DNA from: a virus
Lineage: Duplodnaviria > Caudoviricetes
IMG/VR virus record: IMGVR_UViG_3300028833_000058
Reading direction: 5' to 3' (one strand)
Length of the DNA stretch: 64,000 nucleotides
The stretch's first letter is position 1. The number at the start of each line of letters is the position of its first letter. The notes under the pieces were generated by a model. The model was given only the letters and a program-made list of their open reading frames with translations, was not told the DNA's origin and ran no database searches. Both the position numbers and the translations under genes were made by a program. Positions 58,641 to 64,000 of this stretch are shown in pieces.

Positions 58641-58686
58641 ACCCAAAATCTCATGTCCTACCATTAGACGACCCCGAAATAATCAC

Positions 58687-58822
58687 GGTTGGAGGTGGAG
58701 TCGAACCACACACCACTAACATCTGCAGATATTAGAATTTCCCTCTACTTGCCGTTATCTTAATCAAACTTTCACTTCTGCAGAAGTACTCATTTGACAT
58801 ATGAAACATTAGAGCTCCAACC
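58687..58822 (-). ncRNA. Unclassified tRNA-like RNA, copy B
   Basis: GGTTGGAG/CTCCAACC, GTGG-TTCGACT-CCAC. Confidence 0.65.
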
Positions 58823-58967
58823 ATAAAAAACAATAACTTTTTGATTGAATAGTTCATCACTACCAAACCTAAACGGAGAAGTTATTGCAGAAACTCCCTA
58901 AACGTAGGATAGGATTGATAACATTACTAAGATGCCATAGCAATAGTCCTATCACTTCAAACTAAAA

Positions 58968-59060
58968 TGGCACCCCGTAAACTGATTCGAACAGCATTCC
59001 CGTACTAATTGACTGGAGCTATAGACATTCAACTAGCGGTCACCATGACTACAACGAGGT
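58968..59060 (-). ncRNA. Atypical tRNA-like RNA with CCA end and 16-nt central loop
   Basis: ACCTCGT/ACGGGGT-G-CCA; TTCGAAT T loop. Confidence 0.55.
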
Positions 59061-59069
59061 ATTAAATGT

Positions 59070-59189
59070 TCTTCTTGACAAGGCTTGAACTTGTACCTAA
59101 ACCTTAGAGGGAATTGTGCTACCGCCGTTAGGGTTTAGTAAAAAGAGCTATAGTATTTACTAAATCTATCCGTTTACACTACAAGAAGA
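59070..59189 (-). ncRNA. Atypical tRNA-like RNA with a hairpin inserted in the D loop
   Basis: CTTCTTG/CAAGAAG acceptor, ACAAG-TTCAAGC-CTTGT T arm, TTTAGTAAA/TTTACTAAA insert. Confidence 0.55.
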
Positions 59190-59194
59190 TAATA

Positions 59195-59329
59195 CTATAA
59201 ATTATTAATAAACCAATTGTGAATGTTCTGCCAAAATCCAGACTTTATAGATATCAATGTACCATATATTGCTATCAACGAAACAATTATTGAAAGTATA
59301 GATTCTACAATTTCTAATTTTTCTTTCAT
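59195..59329 (-). CDS. 44-aa single-TM peptide (MKEKLEIVESILSIIVSLIAIYG...)
   Basis: Below the ORF-track cutoff; GGAG upstream. Confidence 0.45.
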   Translation of the reverse strand: MKEKLEIVESILSIIVSLIAIYGTLISIKSGFWQNIHNWFINNL

Positions 59330-59474
59330 TTAACATATTCTCCAATTTTGTATCTTTCTAGGCTACTACTGCGCAACCCTACGACTGCTGCACCATCGTT
59401 TTACGTTCTTCGTTTACTCAGCTTGTATCGTCAATGAAAGTTCCTGAGCTGACGTTTTCCAACCTATTACAACT

Positions 59475-59555
59475 TGGCGGGGCCACATGATTTTCACACG
59501 TTATCTTGGACCTACATCCTAAGCAATCTGTTCTAGAACCAGATTTAACGCCCCA
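59475..59555 (-). ncRNA. Atypical tRNA-like RNA ending in CCA
   Basis: TGGGGC/GCCCCG-CCA with three arms but non-canonical loops. Confidence 0.45.
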
Positions 59556-59782
59556 TAAAAAAATCGGCAATCGGTTTTTACCCTTTATCCACTCGCTGTT
59601 CGAACTCTTTAGCGTTGGAGGGTCAGGTTACTGTTTTCTACAGCACATAGTTATTTAGGCAATTACCTCTAAATACTAACAACACGCCATCAACCTGTCT
59701 GATTATATAAGCATCAATTTAATACTTATCCGATGTACATTCATATTAAATTGTACTAGTCTATATAATCACGAATTAGAAT

Positions 59783-59868
59783 TGGTGCAAGGTGATAGAG
59801 TCGCACTACCCGAGTCCGAAGACAAGTGATTTACAGTCACTCCCGCTACTCCTACGGTATAACCTTGC
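59783..59868 (-). tRNA. tRNA-Tyr(GTA)
   Basis: AGTGA-CTGTAAA-TCACT, long variable arm. Confidence 0.88.
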
Positions 59869-60025
59869 ATAAAAGTAATCCGATAATATCTAAATCTACA
59901 CTTACTTGGTACTAGCATGTAAAACATACTGTCCAAAGCCCCCACTTTCAATTTCTAAAGAAATAGCCGCTCGGATTAACACGGTGGGATGGATTCTACG
60001 AAAAAAGTACGTAAAATCAATGGTT

Positions 60026-60099
60026 TGGTCGAGAACGTCCGATTCGAACGGCAATCCCTCGCCCCAAACGAGGAGTGTTACCCTTACACCACGTTCTCG
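60026..60099 (-). tRNA. tRNA-Pro(TGG)
   Basis: CCTCG-TTTGGGG-CGAGG. Confidence 0.9.
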
Positions 60100-60109
60100 A
60101 TGAATAAAA

Positions 60110-60186
60110 TGGTGGAACAGGAGTGACTTGAACACCCAACCTATCCGTTATGAGCGGAGAGCTCTGACCAATTGAGCTACTGTTCC
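60110..60186 (-). tRNA. tRNA(CAT), probably Ile2 (lysidine)
   Basis: CTCATAA loop; the operon leader contains an ATA codon. Confidence 0.75.
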
Positions 60187-60187
60187 A

Positions 60188-60706
60188 TTAAGCTTTTTTA
60201 TAAGATTTATTCTTCAATATAAAGATTATTCTGCTATGTGCAACACCAAATTTTCTAGCTAATCCACGAGTTCCGAATTCTTTATGTTTTGGAATATAAT
60301 GTTCTCTTATCCATTTAGCTTGTTCATTTGTAAGTTTTGCACCATGGTTATCTTCACCACCATGATATGTTATTAAATTATGCTTTACTGCGTGAATAGT
60401 ATTTTCTTGATTAGTACACCACTCTAAGTTATCCCAACGATTGTTTAATTTGTTTCCATCAATGTGATTTACTTGTGGTTTGTTTTCTGGATTTGGTACA
60501 AAAGCTTCAGCAACCAACCTGTGAATTTTTACACATTTACATCCACCTTTTCTACCATTTGGATATAAAGCGTATACATAATAGCCTGTCTTTCCAATTT
60601 GTTGCTTTACGTTTTTGTTAGACCTACCCTTTAGATTGCCTAGATTACTTATAAAATAACCTTGTATATCAATTTCTTTCCAAATTTCTTCTTCGATGTT
60701 TTCCAT
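60188..60706 (-). mobile_element. NUMOD4-HNH homing endonuclease inserted between tRNAs
   Basis: EIWKEI..YFISNLG; HRLVAEAF...VNHIDGNKLNN...NLEW. Confidence 0.92.
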
Positions 60707-60794
60707 TTACAAATTCCTATATTGTTATGACTAATTTATAGAACTATATAAATGGTGCCTATTTTTCATCGAACACAAAATTTTTATAAAAATT

Positions 60795-60866
60795 TGATTC
60801 CAACGAGATTCGAACTCGTATTACCACCGTGAAAGGGTGATGACCTAACCGTTAGTCGATGGAATC
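60795..60866 (-). tRNA. tRNA-Glu(TTC), CCA not encoded
   Basis: TCACC-CTTTCAC-GGTGG. Confidence 0.88.
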
Positions 60867-60945
60867 ATAATAATCAACGCTTTTTGATTGCATGGTAAAA
60901 ACCACCAAACCTTATTATGGAGAAGCATTGATGAAACTCCTTGAT

Positions 60946-61022
60946 TGGCGGGAGTGACCAGTCTTGAACTGGCGACCTCCACAGTGACAGTGTGGCGTTC
61001 TGACCAACTGAACTACACCCCC
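60946..61022 (-). tRNA. tRNA-Asp(GTC)
   Basis: CCACA-CTGTCAC-TGTGG. Confidence 0.92.
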
Positions 61023-61024
61023 AT

Positions 61025-61112
61025 TGGTGGATTTGATGAGACTTGAACTCATATGGTCACAATGACCGAGGGATTTTAAGTCCCTTGCGTATACCAGTTT
61101 CGCCACAAATCC
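61025..61112 (-). tRNA. tRNA-Leu(TAA)
   Basis: AGGGA-CTTAAAA-TCCCT, long variable arm. Confidence 0.92.
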
Positions 61113-61116
61113 AAAT

Positions 61117-61191
61117 TGGCTGGGATGGAGAATTTCGAAATCTCGACCTACGGTTTAACAGACCGCCGCTCTGCCTCTGAGCTACACCCCA
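61117..61191 (-). tRNA. tRNA-Asn(GTT)
   Basis: GCGGT-CTGTTAA-ACCGT. Confidence 0.9.
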
Positions 61192-61197
61192 ATATAA

Positions 61198-61272
61198 TGG
61201 TGCCACATGAGAATTTTGCAATCCCGACCTACCGCTTACAAGGCGGTTGCTCTACTTCTGAGCTAATGTGGC
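61198..61272 (-). tRNA. tRNA-Thr(TGT)
   Basis: ACCGC-CTTGTAA-GCGGT. Confidence 0.9.
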
Positions 61273-61276
61273 ATTT

Positions 61277-61410
61277 TGGCGGGAGTGACTATATCTGTGT
61301 CATTATAAAGTCATTTAATTAACATTTTGTATCACTGAGTGTCCTACACTTTTATATATCTAGAATCAGATAGGCAAAACTCTAACTACTTTGTATTTAA
61401 CAGAACTCCC
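61277..61410 (-). ncRNA. 134-nt RNA with Asp-like acceptor stem and CCA end
   Basis: GGGAGT/ACTCCC-G-CCA; last 13 nt identical to tRNA-Asp. Confidence 0.4.
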
Positions 61411-61417
61411 ATAATAA

Positions 61418-61494
61418 TGGCAGACCGTACAGGACTCAAACCTGTGACACCAAGCTTAGAAGGCTTGTGCTCTATTCTACTGAGCTAACGGTCT
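61418..61494 (-). tRNA. tRNA-Arg(TCT)
   Basis: CAAGC-CTTCTAA-GCTTG. Confidence 0.92.
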
Positions 61495-61820
61495 ATAAGA
61501 GTTATATAGGATAGGTAAACCAACGTATTTACCTCTTGCGTTATGGAGCAATGATTTGTTCCAATGTAATCTGGGCTCATCTATTCTTACGAGATAGACC
61601 ATCCTATATGTTCTATGGTTTGGGATGTGGAAGCGAATCCATCTTCCTTTTTGTACCCTAGGCCTGACCGATATACACTTTACAATGTATAACATCCCAA
61701 GACTTGTAGTTTTCATAACGGTCCATTTAGAGATTCTACTGAGCACTGTCCGTTATGGGAATCTGCTTTGTTAAGGAGCTCTAAATCTCTTAACCGCAGT
61801 TACTACAACCCTCTCAGCAG

Positions 61821-62186
61821 CTAATCTTTAATCTTCACGAGTTCATAAACATTAATTGGATATTTCCTTTGTTCACAATTTGCAATTTTATAAACTCTAT
61901 GTTTATCTATACCCAAAATATATTTTACGATTCTACCGATATCTTTACCAGCTTCAGCTTCTGGGTTATCAATTTTTCTTTTTACATGGTACTGATACAC
62001 ATAATCTAATGGTGTATAAGACCAATCTCTAAATTTACCTCCAACAATATCAGAAGTGGTAAATTGCTTTTTATAAGCCAAAGCTCCTTGAATCATACCA
62101 TTTATAAAAGTTGTCAATTCAGCTTGTTGCATGTAAGATAGTGATTCAAAAGCACTGGACTTTTGTATGTTAGAATTGATAATCAT
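61821..62186 (-). CDS. Hypothetical protein inside tRNA operon 2
   Basis: SD AAGGA before ATG 62186. Confidence 0.6.
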   Translation of the reverse strand: MIINSNIQKSSAFESLSYMQQAELTTFINGMIQGALAYKKQFTTSDIVGGKFRDWSYTPLDYVYQYHVKRKIDNPEAEAGKDIGRIVKYILGIDKHRVYKIANCEQRKYPINVYELVKIKD

Positions 62187-62280
62187 AGCTCTTTTCCTTT
62201 CATGTATGATTATAATGTTAAACAAGTTTATTAAATGAGAAACAAGTTATTTAACGACCCCTGTTTCGGTTTAAGTCGAT

Positions 62281-62373
62281 TGGCGGAGAGAGTAGGATTC
62301 GAACCCACGGTGGTATATTTCACCCACGGCTGATTTCAAGTCAGCTGCAATAGACCAACTCTGCCATCTCTCC
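62281..62373 (-). tRNA. tRNA-Ser(TGA)
   Basis: GCTGA-CTTGAAA-TCAGC, long variable arm. Confidence 0.93.
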
Positions 62374-62381
62374 ATGATATT

Positions 62382-62462
62382 TACAGATGGAGAGATTTGA
62401 ACTCTCACGCATTTCTGCACTGGTTCCTAAGACCAGAGTGTCTACCGTTCCACCACATCTGT
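62382..62462 (-). tRNA. tRNA-Leu(TAG), CCA not encoded
   Basis: CTGGT-CTTAGGA-ACCAG. Confidence 0.9.
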
Positions 62463-62469
62463 ATAAATT

Positions 62470-62546
62470 TGGTACAGCTGGATAGACTCGGACTATCGAC
62501 CCCTGCCTTATCAGAGCAGTGCTCTAACCAACTGAGCTACAGCTGT
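62470..62546 (-). tRNA. tRNA-Ile(GAT)
   Basis: CTGCT-CTGATAA-GGCAG. Confidence 0.9.
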
Positions 62547-62551
62547 ACAAA

Positions 62552-62628
62552 TGGTAGAGGTGAAGAGATTTGAACTCCTGACCCTCTCGGTGTAAACGAG
62601 ACGCTCTAACCAGCTGAGCTACACCTCT
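62552..62628 (-). tRNA. tRNA-Val(TAC)
   Basis: TCTCG-TTTACAC-CGAGA. Confidence 0.93.
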
Positions 62629-62665
62629 ACAAAAAGTATTTCCTATTCACAATGTCATTATAACT

Positions 62666-62700
62666 AAAATAAAAACTCGTCTTTTTATCTTTGACGAGTT
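62666..62700 (-). terminator. Attenuator terminator upstream of tRNA operon 2
   Basis: AACTCGTC-loop-GACGAGTT followed by TTTATTTT. Confidence 0.8.
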
Positions 62701-62750
62701 CCTATTTCTTTTAACTTTTTAAATGTTTTGATTAAGCAATAGCAAACTCG

Positions 62751-62813
62751 TCAGCCTTGTTCTCTAGGTTGATTATATAAATCTGAGTATGTTACTATCG
62801 TTTTAATCATCAT
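62751..62813 (-). CDS. Leader peptide 2, MMIKTIVTYSDLYNQPREQG
   Basis: 20 aa ORF; its codons match the 12 amino acids of the downstream tRNAs; antiterminator begins at the stop codon. Confidence 0.85.
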   Translation of the reverse strand: MMIKTIVTYSDLYNQPREQG

Positions 62814-62842
62814 ATTAATTAGAACCTCTTCATTGAAATTTT

Positions 62843-63127
62843 TTATATTGTACAGAATTTTTTCTTATTTGTAAAGTCTTTTTTTTCAATTTTCTTTACT
62901 TTTTTGTTAATATAGTTGATAACATCTTGAACTGTAATGAATTTTTTTGATACCTTGTCTGGTATTTCAATATCAAATTCACACTCTAAAGCCATTATAA
63001 TTTCGATTATATCCAAACTATCGGCTCCGAAATCGTCAACCAAGCTTTTAGATTTCTTGATTGCGGATTCTTTTATGTCCAAGTGTTCAGAAATGATACC
63101 TATTACTAATTTTTCAACACTCTTCAT
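62843..63127 (-). CDS. acpP: Acyl carrier protein
   Basis: DFGADSLDIIEIIMALECEFDIEIPD with the phosphopantetheine Ser. Confidence 0.9.
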   Translation of the reverse strand: MKSVEKLVIGIISEHLDIKESAIKKSKSLVDDFGADSLDIIEIIMALECEFDIEIPDKVSKKFITVQDVINYINKKVKKIEKKDFTNKKKFCTI

Positions 63128-63149
63128 TCTCTCACCTTGTGAAAATTAC

Positions 63150-63545
63150 CGATTCTTTAAGCACGTTGGGTATGCCGTCTGAATAACTGACTACTCCTTA
63201 CGTTATCATTCTCAGTTGTACGATAACAGCCCAATAGTCATATAGTTGACGTTTTGCACATAGTGGCATCTCGGTATTCCATTTGTCTTTACAGACATTC
63301 GTATATAAATTCGGCTGAAGGACTCCTGACTACCTCCAAGCAGTATATTAAGCGCATTATTCAGTCACATCCACATAAGTTAGCTACTCTTATGCTTTTA
63401 GGATGAGGAGATTGATTACTCCTAAACGGATACAGATATCAGCATTTCAACCTACGATTTGTCCGTTTCTTACGTCACTAAAGGTTGGCCAACCCTTGCT
63501 ATTTCAACCTTATGCTTCTTAATACCTGGCAACTATATAGTAAAC
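63150..63545 (-). ncRNA. Large structured ncRNA candidate (ROOL/GOLLD-like class)
   Basis: About 400 nt with no ORF; long-range helices ATATAGTTG/CAACTATAT and CTGAATAA/TTATTCAG plus many hairpins. Confidence 0.55.
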
Positions 63546-63613
63546 TTTTCAGTATTATTATATATCTCTTTATTAGCCATCAACTAATTATTTAGAGAAA
63601 GCCAAATTTATAT

Positions 63614-63691
63614 TGGTTGCAGGGAATGGATTCGAACCACTGACCTCTAGGTTATGAGCCTAGCAAGCTGACCTGACTGCTCTACCCTGCT
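63614..63691 (-). tRNA. tRNA-Met(CAT), initiator-like
   Basis: Unpaired 1:72, TAGAGCAG D arm, CTAGG-CTCATAA-CCTAG, AACCA end. Confidence 0.85.
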
Positions 63692-64000
63692 ATAAAACAA
63701 ACTTATGGGTTATTGATGTTCTATATTTGAACTATAAATAGGTGATAAAGCTATTTATTTAGGCACCTCCCCTAAAATTTTCAATATAATTGGCAGAGCG
63801 TTTAATGCGTTTTCAGGAGTTCTGCCAACAAATTTATATGTCATTTCTTTTAGGTCTACACCATTTTACCCCCTAGGCTGCTTAAGACGAATGACAAGAC
63901 TAGCAGTGTTATATCTATCCGTTTTAACAAAATAAGAATTTGGTGCCCTCTAGATATAACAGTATAGTTTGGGCGGACTATGGTTCTAATTGGAGCAGAT

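Larger units (their letters stand above)
58157..58864. repeat. Diverged direct repeat of about 200 bp (58157-58358 and 58657-58864)
   Basis: Shared CCTACCATTAGACGACCCCGAAAT...GAATAGTTCATCACTACC. Confidence 0.9.

Noticed and set aside
59095-59120. Possible amber suppressor (CTA) or Arg(TCT) anticodon in the 59070-59189 element
   Set aside because: Anticodon stem is poorly paired and the register ambiguous; TAG is used as a normal stop and genes are intact in code 11, so there is no sign of recoding.
59769-61746. Track ORFs 59769-59951, 59902-60135, 59906-60103, 60915-61106, 61116-61322, 61477-61746
   Set aside because: They overlap tRNAs or structured RNAs and lack protein-like features.
63700-64000. 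Hairpins (e.g. TTGGCAGAGC/GTTCTGCCAA) and a probable tRNA 3' end at the window edge
   Set aside because: Too little context to call; truncated by the window.

Overview
64 kb of an AT-rich, large lytic myovirus-type (T4-like/jumbo) phage genome, standard genetic code. Layout: (1-15 kb, minus) contractile-tail baseplate, tape measure and tube genes; (15-20 kb, minus) homing endonuclease, muramidase, ClpP, GlyA; (21-40 kb, plus) terminase, RecA, GapR, a PolB-primase fusion, dUTPase, dNMP kinase, ThyA, NrdDG; (40-52 kb) accessory genes including Hsp20, an RNA-repair kinase/ligase/phosphoesterase trio and GuaC; (52-64 kb, minus) a translation-support island with 24 tRNAs covering all 20 amino acids, Ro60/TROVE with four Y-RNA-like repeats, an ArfA-like gene, ACP and many unexplained structured RNAs. 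GapR plus class III RNR suggest an anaerobic alphaproteobacterial host (inference). Main finding: the tRNAs are split into two operons (8 and 12 amino acids). Each operon is preceded by a short leader ORF, absent from the ORF track, whose codons list the amino acids of that operon's tRNAs (KKCWHMFGFAGK; IVTYSDLYNQPRE). Each leader is coupled to protector, antiterminator and terminator helices. This looks like a ribosome-stalling attenuator that switches on replacement tRNAs when any cognate host tRNA is depleted. All calls are by eye from sequence and motifs; no searches or folding programs were run.
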